Assembly: GCA_035720425.1 (NCBI GenBank)
Contig: DASTOB010000120.1
Span: forward strand, 229-64,228
Direction of reading: 5' to 3'
Source of the DNA: Candidatus Limnocylindrales bacterium
GTDB lineage: Bacteria > Chloroflexota > Limnocylindria > Limnocylindrales > CSP1-4
DNA: 64,000 nucleotides
In this document: one piece after another, positions 53,988 through 63,374 of the stretch
How the letters are laid out: each line of letters opens with the position of its first letter
Position numbering within the stretch: the first letter of the stretch is position 1
Translations under genes and position numbers: made by a program
Notes under the pieces: generated by a model
Told to the model about the DNA's origin: nothing
Seen by the model: only the letters and a program-made list of their open reading frames with translations
Database searches by the model: none

Positions 53988-55432
53988 CACTTGCCCACGC
54001 CGACCTGGACGTCGCGGAATCGGGCGCCGGGCACCGCGTGGCCGACATGCGCGCCCTGCGCGGGCTCGCCCTTGCCGCAGTTCGGCGTGCCGAGCATGAC
54101 GTAGCTGCCGGCGTCGGCGACCGCGTCGCATGATCGCCAGAACTCGTACGTGATACCGGTGTACGTGGGGTTCTTGAACAGCCGGCCCTTTCGGCCGCCC
54201 TTGATCTCGTAGGCCACCTCGGTCGCGAACTGGAAGTTCAGCCGGCGATCGTCGATCGACCAGCTCCGGTTGGTCGCGAGATAGAGACCGTCGTCCGTGC
54301 CGGCCACGATGTCGTCGAGGCTCATCCCCGGCCGGGGCAGGAGGTTGATGTTCGTCATCCGGATGAGCGGGATCCGGTTCCAGCCGTCCGCGCGCATGGC
54401 CCCGCCGCTCCGACGGCCGATGCGGGGCGCCGTCTCGCGGCTGGACAGGTAGCCGACGAAGATCCCGTCCTGGACGAGCGGCACCCGCTGGGCGGCGACC
54501 CCCTCGTCGTCCCAGCCGAACGTGCCCATGCCGCCGGGCGCGGTCGCGTCGGCGACGATCGTGATCAGGTCGCTCCCGTAGCGGAAGCCCTCGTCGAGCC
54601 GGTCCGTGGTGAGGAAGCTCGTGCCGGCGTAACTCGCCTCCGTGCCGAACACGCGATCGAGTTCGGTGGGGTGGCCGCACGACTCGTGGATCTGCATGTA
54701 CAGCTGGCTGGGATCGAGCACGATCGTCCGGCGGCCGGGTGGCGTCTGGGGAGCGCTGAGCAGGGCGACCGCCTCCTCGGCGAACGGTCCGGCGTGGCCG
54801 GCGAGGTCGAGGCCGCGGATGTACTCGTAGCCGGCCGCGTTCCAGCCGCCGCCGTTGTCGGGGTAGCTCCGGACCTGGTGCTCGTCACCGTCGACCGCGT
54901 TCGCCTCGACCGCGGTTCCGACGTGGGTAATGACCTGCTCGGTGAAGCTGCCGTCCGTCGCCGCGAACGTCTTCCACTCGCGCTGCGCGCCGTACATCGA
55001 CTCGGTGAACGCGACGCCGGGGACCGTCGCGGCGATCTCGTCGGCGGCCAGCAGGGAGCCGATCTTGTCCTCGAGCGGGATCGAGAACGGGTCCTCCGTG
55101 ACGGGCGTCTCGTAGCGGCCGTGGGCCGGGGGCCGATCGTCGAGCCGAACCGGGTTGCGCAGGGCGGTGGCCGATGCGCGGGCGATCCGGACGGCGTCGG
55201 CGGCGACCCGGTCGGCCTCGTTGGCCGTCAGGCGATGCGAGCTCGCGAAGCCCCACGCTCCGTCGACGAGGACGCGCAGCCCGAAGCCCTCGCTCTCAGC
55301 GGACGAGACGGCCTCGACCCGTCGCGTCTTGATGGTGATCGATTCATCGAGCCGGCGGACGACGCGGACGTCCGCGTATCCCGCACCCAGCGCCGTGGCG
55401 GTGTCGAGGGCGCGGTTGGTGAGGTCTCGCAT
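53984..55432 (-). CDS. tldD: TldD family metalloprotease
   Basis: GYADVRV, GFGLRVLVDGAWGFAS, HESCGHPTE (HExxxH), WDDEGV, RMTNINL, NCGKGEP. Start ATG 55432. Confidence 0.93.
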   Translation of the reverse strand: MRDLTNRALDTATALGAGYADVRVVRRLDESITIKTRRVEAVSSAESEGFGLRVLVDGAWGFASSHRLTANEADRVAADAVRIARASATALRNPVRLDDRPPAHGRYETPVTEDPFSIPLEDKIGSLLAADEIAATVPGVAFTESMYGAQREWKTFAATDGSFTEQVITHVGTAVEANAVDGDEHQVRSYPDNGGGWNAAGYEYIRGLDLAGHAGPFAEEAVALLSAPQTPPGRRTIVLDPSQLYMQIHESCGHPTELDRVFGTEASYAGTSFLTTDRLDEGFRYGSDLITIVADATAPGGMGTFGWDDEGVAAQRVPLVQDGIFVGYLSSRETAPRIGRRSGGAMRADGWNRIPLIRMTNINLLPRPGMSLDDIVAGTDDGLYLATNRSWSIDDRRLNFQFATEVAYEIKGGRKGRLFKNPTYTGITYEFWRSCDAVADAGSYVMLGTPNCGKGEPAQGAHVGHAVPGARFRDVQVGVGKW

Positions 55433-55550
55433 CGCGGGGCAGGGTAGCAGGGTCGGAGTGGTGAGGGTCAATCCGGGCTCGTGCAGCTTCCGGCCGGACA
55501 TTCCGCTTTCGTACGCTCCGGGAGTCGCTTCCCCGCGACGGCCTATGTTC

Positions 55551-55587
55551 CGAATCCGGACTACGAATCCGGACTACGAATCCGGAC
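55551..55587. repeat. 13-bp tandem repeat (CGAATCCGGACTA), about 2.8 copies, intergenic
   Basis: Units at 55551, 55564 and 55577. Confidence 0.85.
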
Positions 55588-55735
55588 CGTGGCGCGGCGC
55601 GAACATGGACTCCTGGAAACGTCCGATTTCGGAACGTCAAGCGCCATCGACGTGGTAGCCGATCGTCAGCGACCGGCAGGGACGGGCGTCAAAGACCGAC
55701 ACGGCCCGAACGCCGACGGACCTCCGAGCGCGGCT

Positions 55736-57373
55736 TCAGAGCACGCCACCGCCGAGCACGGCCTGCGACGTGAGCCACACGCCGAGTGCAAGCACGACGA
55801 CTGACGCGCCGAGCGGGGCGAGGCCGGCCAGCCGGGCGCCCGCCGGCCGGGCGGGCAGGCGGTCGACGAGGCCTCGGGTGTAGACGAGCGTGAGCCCGAC
55901 CCCGGTCATGACGGCGGCCATCCCGAGACCGAACGCCCCGACGAGGACGAACCCGAACAGGGGCCGGCCGGCGGCGATCGCGAACAGGAGGATGAGCAGG
56001 GCGTTCGTCGACGGGATGATCCCGCCGGCGAGCCCGAGGGCGAACAGGCTGCGCCACGTGACCGACGACCCCGACAGCGGAGCGTGCCGGTGGCGGGTGC
56101 CGCCGTGGCTGTGCTCGATCGCGCCGGCGTCGGCGGTCTCATGGTCATGGCCATGCGTGTGCGGGTGCGTGTGCGGGTGGCCGTGCTCCTGCGCGTGCTC
56201 GCGCTCGTCGTCGTGCTCGTGCTCGAGCGCGACGGCCCGCGCGGCCCGCCGTCGCCGGATCTCCGCAATGAGCATCCACGCGCCGATCGCAACCGTCGTG
56301 ATCGCGGCCACGAGTGGTGCCGTGCGGACGACGACGTCCGGGGCAACGACCTGTTCCGCTCCGACGATGAGCCCGGCGAGGACGAGGATGCCGAGCGTGT
56401 GCGAAGCGCTGACCGACAGACCGAGCCCGACGGCGTGGAGTGCCCGCCCGCGGGTTCCGACGAGGTAGGCCGCCACGAGCGTCTTGCCGTGGCCGGGCGT
56501 GAGCGCGTGTCCGGCGCCGAGTGCTGCCGCCACGAGCAACGAGACGATCGCCACCACCGGCGTGAGGTCCTGCGTGAATACCTCCGGCACCTCACCGCCA
56601 ACGCCGCCGGGGACCGCGGCGACGGGTCCCTCCGACCCGGGGCCGGGTTCGGCGGCCGGGTCGGCGGCCGGGCCGACAGGGTCAGCGTCCGGAATCGCGA
56701 ACGCGGGGAGCGTCGGGCCGCCCGGTCCGGCGACGAACGAGATGGACCGTTCGTCGAGCGGCGCGCCGAGGAGGTCGTCCGGGTACGTGGTGAGGCGTGT
56801 CGAGATCGACGTGGACGTCGGCGCGATTCCGGACCCGGATCCGTCGATCGTGACCCGGTCGCCGACCACGACGATCTCGCGCCAGCCGATCCGCTCCGCG
56901 TACGAGCGATCGGCGAAGTCGATGGTCGTCGGCGTCTCGATCGGGGCAGAGAGCGGCGCCTCGAATCCGCACACGAGGCGCAGCGTCGGCAACCCGCCGG
57001 AGCCGATCGGAAACGCGAGACCGGCGGCGGACGTCCGAACGGCGACCGGCGCCCCTTCGACGTGCAGCTCAAGCGATCCGGCGAGCCGGTCGCACTCGGC
57101 CGTGCGTGCGGCTGCGGCTTCGTCGTCGGACACGTCGCCGTCCTCGTCGGCGTCGAGTCGGACGCGCTCCTGGAACGTCGGGATCTCCGCCATGTCGATG
57201 ACGATGTCGAGACGGATCGCGGTCGGTTCGACCCGGATCCCCGCGTAGTGGTTGATCGTGAAGTTCCCGAGCGGGTGGGCAAGCGCCACGGCCGGCAGGA
57301 GCACGGCGGCGAGACAGCCCGCGGCGGTCGCCAGCCGGCGGGAGGGGCGGCGCGGAACTCGAAAGCGTCCCAT
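55736..57373 (-). CDS. HoxN/RcnA-like nickel/cobalt transporter with N-terminal extracytoplasmic domain and His-rich loop
   Basis: Signal peptide then AHPLGNFTINHY. GAGHALTPGHGKT. His-rich loop. LGLAGGIIPS, FGLGMAAVM. Confidence 0.85.
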   Translation of the reverse strand: MGRFRVPRRPSRRLATAAGCLAAVLLPAVALAHPLGNFTINHYAGIRVEPTAIRLDIVIDMAEIPTFQERVRLDADEDGDVSDDEAAAARTAECDRLAGSLELHVEGAPVAVRTSAAGLAFPIGSGGLPTLRLVCGFEAPLSAPIETPTTIDFADRSYAERIGWREIVVVGDRVTIDGSGSGIAPTSTSISTRLTTYPDDLLGAPLDERSISFVAGPGGPTLPAFAIPDADPVGPAADPAAEPGPGSEGPVAAVPGGVGGEVPEVFTQDLTPVVAIVSLLVAAALGAGHALTPGHGKTLVAAYLVGTRGRALHAVGLGLSVSASHTLGILVLAGLIVGAEQVVAPDVVVRTAPLVAAITTVAIGAWMLIAEIRRRRAARAVALEHEHDDEREHAQEHGHPHTHPHTHGHDHETADAGAIEHSHGGTRHRHAPLSGSSVTWRSLFALGLAGGIIPSTNALLILLFAIAAGRPLFGFVLVGAFGLGMAAVMTGVGLTLVYTRGLVDRLPARPAGARLAGLAPLGASVVVLALGVWLTSQAVLGGGVL

Positions 57374-57452
57374 CTCGCCGAGCGTACGCGACGCCGACCG
57401 TTTCGGATCATCCGCGGGCCGTGTCGAGGCGGCCCTCCGCTACACTCCGGCC

Positions 57453-58136
57453 GTGACCAGCCAGCGCGACGCCCGGCGCGGCACGTTCATCACGATCGAG
57501 GGTCCGGAGGGGGCCGGCAAGACGACCCAGGCGGAGCGGTTGCGCGACCGCCTCGCGGCCGCGGGTCGCGAGGTCGTCCTGACCCGCGAGCCCGGAGGGA
57601 CTCCCCTCGGCGAGGCGATCCGCGAGCTCCTGCTCCACTCGGCGGGCGGCCGCGACCACGACCCTCTCGCCGACGCGCTTCTGTTCAACGCCGCTCGAGC
57701 CCAGCTCGTCCGAACGGTCGTCCGGCCGGCACTCGAGCGTGGGGCGACCGTCGTTTCGACCCGGTTCGCGGACTCGACGCTCGCCTATCAGGGGTACGGC
57801 GCGGGACTGCCGATCGACGGGCTTCGCGCGGTCGAGGATCTCGCAACCGGCGGCCTGCGCCCGGATCGGACGATTCTGCTCGACCTGCCGGCGGAGGCCG
57901 GGCTCGCGCGCAAGCACGGCGACGAGCTGACGCGGTTCGAGACCGCCTTCGACCTTGCCTTCCACACTCGCGTCCGTGACGGGTTCCGCGCCCTCGCGGC
58001 GGCGGAGCCGGAGCGGTTCGTCGTCGTCGATGCCATGCAGCCGCCGGACGCGGTGGCCGCCGAGATCGCGGCTCGCATCGACGCTCCGTCGGCGCCCGGT
58101 GAACCGGACGCGCGCGTCGCACGCATACCCGGATGA
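57453..58136 (+). CDS. tmk: Thymidylate kinase
   Basis: FITIEGPEGAGKTT, TREPGGT, LFNAARAQ, TRFADSTLAYQGYG, PDRTILLD. GTG 57453 is preceded by TACACT-N6. Confidence 0.95.
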   Translation: MTSQRDARRGTFITIEGPEGAGKTTQAERLRDRLAAAGREVVLTREPGGTPLGEAIRELLLHSAGGRDHDPLADALLFNAARAQLVRTVVRPALERGATVVSTRFADSTLAYQGYGAGLPIDGLRAVEDLATGGLRPDRTILLDLPAEAGLARKHGDELTRFETAFDLAFHTRVRDGFRALAAAEPERFVVVDAMQPPDAVAAEIAARIDAPSAPGEPDARVARIPG

Positions 58137-58735
58137 GCGACCCGATCGGGACGGTCCCGGGACGGGTCGTGTCGGCTGCCGATGCGGCCGATCGGGCCGT
58201 GCTCGATCGGATCGGCGCCGGTCAGCTCGACGCGCTCGAGGACCTCTACGATCGGTACCGCACGATGGCCTATTCGATCGCCTACCGGATCACCGGCGAC
58301 GCGACGCTCGCCGAGGACGTCGTCCAGGACGCCTTCCTCGGGGCGTGGCGCAATGCCGCTCGCTACATCGAGGGGCGGGGCAGCGTGAAGACCTGGCTCC
58401 TGTCGATCGTTCATCACCGCTCGATCGACGCCGTCCGGCGGCGCCGGCCCACGACGGAGCTCCCTGACGGGGAAGCGGCGCCGCCCGCGACGCTCACCGT
58501 GCCGGACGTCTGGGCGGAAGTGGCCGGCAGTCTCGACCGGGACGCGGTGCGTCGCGCGCTTGCCACGCTGTCGGACGTCCAGCGCGAAGCGATCGAGCTC
58601 GCCTACTTCGGTGGCCTCACCCAGGTCGAGATCGCTGACCGGACCGGAACCCCGCTCGGGACCGTCAAGAGCCGGATGCGCCTGGGCCTGCTTGCCCTGC
58701 GCCGCGAACTGACCGGCGCCGAGGGAACCCGATGA
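58133..58735 (+). CDS. ECF RNA polymerase sigma factor (SigK-like)
   Basis: ALEDLYDRY, AEDVVQDAFL, WLLSIVHHRSIDAVR, QREAIELAYFGGLTQVEIA...GTVKSRMR. Confidence 0.93.
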   Translation: MSDPIGTVPGRVVSAADAADRAVLDRIGAGQLDALEDLYDRYRTMAYSIAYRITGDATLAEDVVQDAFLGAWRNAARYIEGRGSVKTWLLSIVHHRSIDAVRRRRPTTELPDGEAAPPATLTVPDVWAEVAGSLDRDAVRRALATLSDVQREAIELAYFGGLTQVEIADRTGTPLGTVKSRMRLGLLALRRELTGAEGTR

Positions 58736-59562
58736 CCTGCGACGAGGTCCGCGACCTCGCGGCCGGGTTCGTCCTCGGGGCCCTCGCGCCGGAGGACGAG
58801 CGCGCCGTGCGCGACCACCTCGAGACGTGCCCGGAACCGCACGCGGAGATCGCCGAGCTGGGCGGCGTCGTGCCGTACCTCGCCGAGTCGGTCGAGCCCG
58901 TCGAGCCGCCGGCCGGGCTGAAGGCGCGGATCCTCGCCGCCGCGGCGGCGGACCTCGAGGCGCGGCCGAGCCCCGCGTCGACGGAGGCCGATTCGGCGCC
59001 GGTCGTGCCGTTCCCGGCGGGACGCGCGCCCGCGGGACGCGCGCCGGCGGGACGCGCGCCGGCGGCCACGCGCGGGATCGCACCGTCCGGCTGGGTCCTC
59101 CGCATTGCCGCCGTGCTCGCGGTCGTCGTCCTCGGCGGCTGGAACCTCGTGCTCCAGGGCCAGCTGCGCGACGCGCAGGCGTACGACGAGGGCGTGGCGG
59201 CCGTGCTCGAGGTCGCCTCGCGACCCGGCAGCCAGGCCGCGATTCTCGCCGACCCCGACGGCGATGGACCGCGCGGGATCGCCGCCGTCGCCGCGGACGG
59301 GTCGGTCGTCATCGCCATGCGCGATCTGCCGGCGACGGCCGGTACGGAGGTCTACGAGGCGTGGGTCATCGGTGGCGACGGCGTGCCCGTGCCGATCGGC
59401 GACTTCGCCGTCGGTGGGGACGGAATCGGGGTGTTCACGGCCGATGCGACACCCGCGAGCGCCGGGGTGACCCTCGCGTTGACCCGCGAGCCGGCGCCCG
59501 GGGCGACGACCCCGACGCTGCCGATCGTCTCGGCCGGCGTGGCGACCTCGTCCCCGAGCTGA
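58732..59562 (+). CDS. RskA-like anti-sigma factor (zinc-binding ZAS, TM, extracellular RskA domain)
   Basis: LAAGFVLGAL...HLETCPE, VEPPAGLKARI, one TM helix, YEAWVI, LALTREPAPG...PT. Contains a PAGRA x3 (15-bp) repeat at 59014-59058. Confidence 0.9.
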   Translation: MTCDEVRDLAAGFVLGALAPEDERAVRDHLETCPEPHAEIAELGGVVPYLAESVEPVEPPAGLKARILAAAAADLEARPSPASTEADSAPVVPFPAGRAPAGRAPAGRAPAATRGIAPSGWVLRIAAVLAVVVLGGWNLVLQGQLRDAQAYDEGVAAVLEVASRPGSQAAILADPDGDGPRGIAAVAADGSVVIAMRDLPATAGTEVYEAWVIGGDGVPVPIGDFAVGGDGIGVFTADATPASAGVTLALTREPAPGATTPTLPIVSAGVATSSPS

Positions 59563-59605
59563 TCCCGCCGAACCCGCGGCGCGGACCGGAGCGGCCGGGG
59601 CGTCC

Positions 59606-60646
59606 CTATCCGGCCGGCTGCGGCGTCGATTCGGCGATCGTGCCTCGCCCGCTGCCGCGAGCCGTCTCGAGCGCGGCGCGCGCGGCCGCGAGGAGCTCGT
59701 TGGACGACGTCCCGTCGACCGGGAAGCGGGCCACGCCGATCGAGACCGACACCGGTTCTGCGCCGACGATCGGCATCGCACCGACGGCCGCGGCGATCCG
59801 GCGCGCCACCGTCATGCCGGCCGAGCCGGGCGCGACGACGACGAACTCGTCGCCGCCGGCGCGGGCGACGGTGTCGACGAGGCGGACCGACTCCGCGACG
59901 ATCGACGCCACCGCGCGCAGGATGTCGTCACCGGCCTCGCGACCGGCCGCCGCGTTCGTCGCTCCGAAGCCGTCGACGTCGACGATCGCGACGGACACCT
60001 CGCTGCCCTGGCGCCCGGCGCGGGCGAGCTCGAGTTCGAGGACCCGCGCGAACGTCCGCTCGTTGGCGAGCCCGGTCAAGGGATCGCTGTGCGCGACGCG
60101 CTCGAACCACTCGGCCCGCTCGGCGACGAGCGAGGCGAGGCGCGAGCGGTCGATGGCGACGGCCGCGAGGTGGGCGATGGCCCCGAGCAACTCATCCTCG
60201 TCGGCGCTGACCCCGCGGTCGTCGGACCAGCCGAGGACGAGCGCGCCACCCGGCAGGTCGATCCCGCCGCGGCTCGCGACGAGGGGGCGGAACGCGGTCG
60301 AGACGCTCCCGCTGGCCCGGCCGAACGAGCCCGAATCCGCGCCGGCGCGCCGGTCGATCGGGGCCCCGTCGCGGGCGACGACGGCGATCGGGTCCAGCGC
60401 ATCGTCGGATCCGCCGGCCAGGCGCTCAAGGCCGGCGGCATCGAGCCCCACGGCGAGGAACGCGACGAGATCCGCCCGATCGGGATCCTGGAGGTAGATC
60501 GCACCGGCGGACGCGCCGACCGCATCGGCGGCCGCGCCGAGCAGCGTGCCGAGCGCGGCATCGAGGTCGGATTCGCGGGCCACGGCCTCCGCCGCGGCCG
60601 ACAGGGTGTGGAGGGGATCCGGCGAGGAACGGCGCGCGTCGGGCAC
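59606..60646 (-). CDS. GAF-GGDEF diguanylate cyclase
   Basis: GAF (DLDAALGTLL...AGAIYL), DPLTGLAN, DVDGF..N...GD, RLVD I-site, intact GGDEF. GTG 60646 with AGGAG RBS. Confidence 0.9.
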   Translation of the reverse strand: MPDARRSSPDPLHTLSAAAEAVARESDLDAALGTLLGAAADAVGASAGAIYLQDPDRADLVAFLAVGLDAAGLERLAGGSDDALDPIAVVARDGAPIDRRAGADSGSFGRASGSVSTAFRPLVASRGGIDLPGGALVLGWSDDRGVSADEDELLGAIAHLAAVAIDRSRLASLVAERAEWFERVAHSDPLTGLANERTFARVLELELARAGRQGSEVSVAIVDVDGFGATNAAAGREAGDDILRAVASIVAESVRLVDTVARAGGDEFVVVAPGSAGMTVARRIAAAVGAMPIVGAEPVSVSIGVARFPVDGTSSNELLAAARAALETARGSGRGTIAESTPQPAG

Positions 60647-60763
60647 GGGCAGGCTCCTGGGAGTGGACGGGCGGCACGTGGCGGTGGGGCCGGCATCGTA
60701 CACCGCGCCCGATCGTTCCCGAAAGTGGCGGATCGTCGCCCGGAGGCACCCTATACTCGGCCC

Positions 60764-61093
60764 GTGAAGCTCGTCGTCGCGATCGTTCACAACGAGGACG
60801 CCGGTGCCCTCGTCGATGCGTTGCTGGAACGCGAGTTCCGGGCGACCCGGTTGCACAGCTCCGGTGGTTTCCTCAAGCAGTCGAACGCCACGATCGTGCT
60901 CGGCGTCGAGGACGACGAGGTGGACGAGGTCCTCGGGATCGTCCGCGAGAACTGCACCTCGCGGACGCAGGTCGTGAACCCCATGCCGCCGATCATGGAG
61001 CCGGGCGAGTTCTTCATGCCCTACCCGCTCGAGGTGGAGGTGGGTGGCGCGACCGTGTTCGTCCTGCCGGTCGAGCGGTTCGAGCGGATCTAG
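60764..61093 (+). CDS. darA: Cyclic-di-AMP receptor (PII-like DarA/PstA/YaaQ)
   Basis: KLVVAIVHNEDA...ATRLHSSGGFLKQSNATIVLGVE...VEVGGATVFVLPVERFERI. GTG 60764 is preceded by TATACT-N6. Confidence 0.92.
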   Translation: MKLVVAIVHNEDAGALVDALLEREFRATRLHSSGGFLKQSNATIVLGVEDDEVDEVLGIVRENCTSRTQVVNPMPPIMEPGEFFMPYPLEVEVGGATVFVLPVERFERI

Positions 61094-61098
61094 GCTCC

Positions 61099-61521
61099 AT
61101 GGCCTGGGTCCCGCCCCGTCCCGGGGCGCGGGCGACCTGGACGCGAACGTTCACGGCCGACGACGTCGAGGCGTTCGCCTCGATCTCCGGCGACCGGAAC
61201 CCGCTCCACTTCGACCCGGACTTCGCGGCGCGTACCCGTGCCGGCGGGCTCATCGTCCACGGCGGGCTGACGGCCGGTCTGTTCAACGCGCTCGTCGCGA
61301 TGAAGCTGCCCGGGCCCGGCAGCGTCTTCCTCCACCAGGAGTGGGACTACCCGGCGCCGGTCCGGGTTGGCGACACGGTGACCGCGGAGGCCGAGGTGAT
61401 CGAGGCGCGGGCCGACAAGCCGATCACACGGCTGCGCTGCGTCGCCCGGACGGCCGACGGGACGGAGGTCCTCCGCGGCACGTGCGTCGTCTACACGATG
61501 CTGCCGGCCGAGCCGGCGTGA
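61099..61521 (+). CDS. MaoC-family dehydratase
   Basis: FTADDVEAFASISGDRNPLHFD, IVHGGL, LPGPGSVF, APVRVGDTV. Confidence 0.92.
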   Translation: MAWVPPRPGARATWTRTFTADDVEAFASISGDRNPLHFDPDFAARTRAGGLIVHGGLTAGLFNALVAMKLPGPGSVFLHQEWDYPAPVRVGDTVTAEAEVIEARADKPITRLRCVARTADGTEVLRGTCVVYTMLPAEPA

Positions 61522-62750
61522 ACGCGGCCGAGCCGGAGGCTCGCTGGCGCCAGCTCGCGGTGATCGCGACCGGCATCCTCCTCGCGATGGCGCCGTCGTT
61601 CAGCGCCGCGGCCGTCGCGCCGGTGCTCCGAGAGGAGTGGGCGACGACCGGCCTCGAGCTGCCGCTCCTGACCGTCGTCGTCCAGGTCGGGTTTGCGTTC
61701 GCGGCGCTTGGCCTGGCGGCAGCCGGCGCCCCCGACGTGATCCCGGGACCGCGCCTGTTCGCGGCGGGTGCGCTCGTCGCGGCGATCGCGAACCTCGGGT
61801 TCGGCATCGTCGCGACGGATCCCGCGACGGCGCTGCCGTTCCGCGTGCTGACCGGCGCCGCGCTCGCGGCCGTCTACCCGGTCGGGATGAAGCTCGCCGC
61901 AGGCTGGTTCCGCCGCGAGCGCGGTCTCGCGATCGGCGTCGTCAACGGCGCGCTGACGGTCGGCGTTGCCTTGCCGTTCCTGTTCCGCGGGCTCGGCGCG
62001 TATGCCGGCCTCGAGTGGCGGCCGGTGGTCGTGCTCGCCAGCGTCGCCGCCGCGCTCGGCGCCCTCGTCGTGTGGCGCATCGGCCGGACCGGTCCGTTCG
62101 ACGTCGCGGCGCCGCGCTTCTCGCCGGCGATCGCCGCCGCCGCGTTCCGCGAGCCGTCGGTGCGGCTCGCGAATCTCGGCTACTTCGGGCACATGTGGGA
62201 GCTGTTCGCGATGTGGACGTGGGTACCCCTGTTCCTGCTCGCGAGCTTCGCGGCCGCGGGCGTGACGGACGCCGGCTTCGCGAGCCTCGTGGCGTTCGCC
62301 GCGGTCGCCGCCGGCGGCGTCGGGTCCGTGGCGGCGGGCGCGATCGCCGACCGGGTGGGGAGGACCGCGACGACGATCGCGGCGATGGCCGTGTCTGGGA
62401 CGTCGGCGGTCGTTGCGGGCGTGCTGTTCGGGTCGCCGATCCCGGTCATCGTCGTGATCGCGATCGTGTGGGGCCTGTCGGTCGTGGCCGATTCGGCCCA
62501 GTTCTCGTCGGCCGTCTCGGAGCTCGCGCCGCCGGGCACGGCCGGCTCCGCCCTGTCGGTCCAGGTCGCGGTGGGGTTCATGCTGACCGGCGTGACGATC
62601 CTCGGTATCGGCCTCCTCGATCCAACCGACGCCGCCGGTTGGCGCCTCGCCTGGCTCGTCCTGGCGGCCGGGCCGGCAGTCGGCATCGTCGCGATGTGGC
62701 GGCTGCGGCTTCGGCCCGACGCCGTCAAGATGGCGAACGGACACCGCTAG
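61518..62750 (+). CDS. MFS transporter
   Basis: VQVGF, AAVYPVGMK, YFGHMWEL, GAIADRVGRT, DSAQFSSAVSEL. About 12 TM helices. GTGA overlap. Confidence 0.9.
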   Translation: MNAAEPEARWRQLAVIATGILLAMAPSFSAAAVAPVLREEWATTGLELPLLTVVVQVGFAFAALGLAAAGAPDVIPGPRLFAAGALVAAIANLGFGIVATDPATALPFRVLTGAALAAVYPVGMKLAAGWFRRERGLAIGVVNGALTVGVALPFLFRGLGAYAGLEWRPVVVLASVAAALGALVVWRIGRTGPFDVAAPRFSPAIAAAAFREPSVRLANLGYFGHMWELFAMWTWVPLFLLASFAAAGVTDAGFASLVAFAAVAAGGVGSVAAGAIADRVGRTATTIAAMAVSGTSAVVAGVLFGSPIPVIVVIAIVWGLSVVADSAQFSSAVSELAPPGTAGSALSVQVAVGFMLTGVTILGIGLLDPTDAAGWRLAWLVLAAGPAVGIVAMWRLRLRPDAVKMANGHR

Positions 62751-62762
62751 GAGGCCGGCCGA

Positions 62763-63374
62763 GTGGCGTGGGTCGACGAGCTGGAACCCGGGGCGCCGGA
62801 CGTCGTCGCGGCATGGCGCGGCATCGATGCCGGCCGGTTCATCTCCGTCCGCCGCGAGGTCCGCCGCCGGACCGGCGCGGGCTCGACGGAGCGCGTCGTG
62901 CCGCAGCTGGCCGCGCTCGCCGAGGCTCTCGCCGCGATCGTGCGCGCGCTCCCCAACTCCGCCCTCGCGCTTCCCGGTGGCGAGGGGGACTGGAACGTCG
63001 CCCAGACCGTGAACCACGACACGCATGCCCGCGCCGGGTTGGTCCTCGCCGCCGGGCTCGCGGCCGCGAACCGCTGGCCGGCTGACGCCCCGACGGTCGT
63101 CCCGGGGGTGCCGGGACCGGCCGACGCCACCCGCGACGACCTCCTTCGGCGGATCGCGCAAAGTCAGCGGGTCATCGAGCGGTCCGCCCGCTCGATCGCG
63201 GGGCACGAGGCGGATCCGTGTCCGCTCGAGCATCCGCTCGTCGGCCGGCTGCGCTGCGGCGAGTGGCTCCTGTTCGCCGGCGTCCACGACCTCATGCACC
63301 TCGAGCAGCTCCACCGACTGGCCGGCTCGCTCATTGGGGCCGCGCCCGCGGCTGGTTCGCACGGCGTTTCCTGA
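62763..63374 (+). CDS. DinB-family protein
   Basis: WNVAQTVNH, CPLEHPLVGRL...WLLFAGVHDLMHLEQL (DinB His triad pattern). Confidence 0.8.
   Translation: MAWVDELEPGAPDVVAAWRGIDAGRFISVRREVRRRTGAGSTERVVPQLAALAEALAAIVRALPNSALALPGGEGDWNVAQTVNHDTHARAGLVLAAGLAAANRWPADAPTVVPGVPGPADATRDDLLRRIAQSQRVIERSARSIAGHEADPCPLEHPLVGRLRCGEWLLFAGVHDLMHLEQLHRLAGSLIGAAPAAGSHGVS

Noticed and set aside
52626-55432. RiPP/microcin biosynthetic cluster around tldD/pmbA
   Set aside because: No precursor peptide, YcaO, radical SAM or exporter gene is adjacent.
59014-59064. 15-bp repeat in the anti-sigma gene as a phase-variation site
   Set aside because: The unit length is a multiple of 3 and lies in a flexible linker, so copy changes would not shift the frame.
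58133-59562. ECF sigma as the target of the RsbW fusion
   Set aside because: It has its own coupled RskA-type anti-sigma, and partner switches typically act on SigB/SigF-type factors.
5428-63362. Long antisense or alternative-frame ORFs in the track (e.g. 5428-7146, 10425-12275, 12233-14281, 20529-22538, 24052-26214, 28811-30244, 42249-44264, 56084-57979, 61491-63362)
   Set aside because: These are shadow ORFs typical of about 70% GC DNA. They are Arg/Gly/Ala-rich, lack motifs, and overlap well-supported genes.
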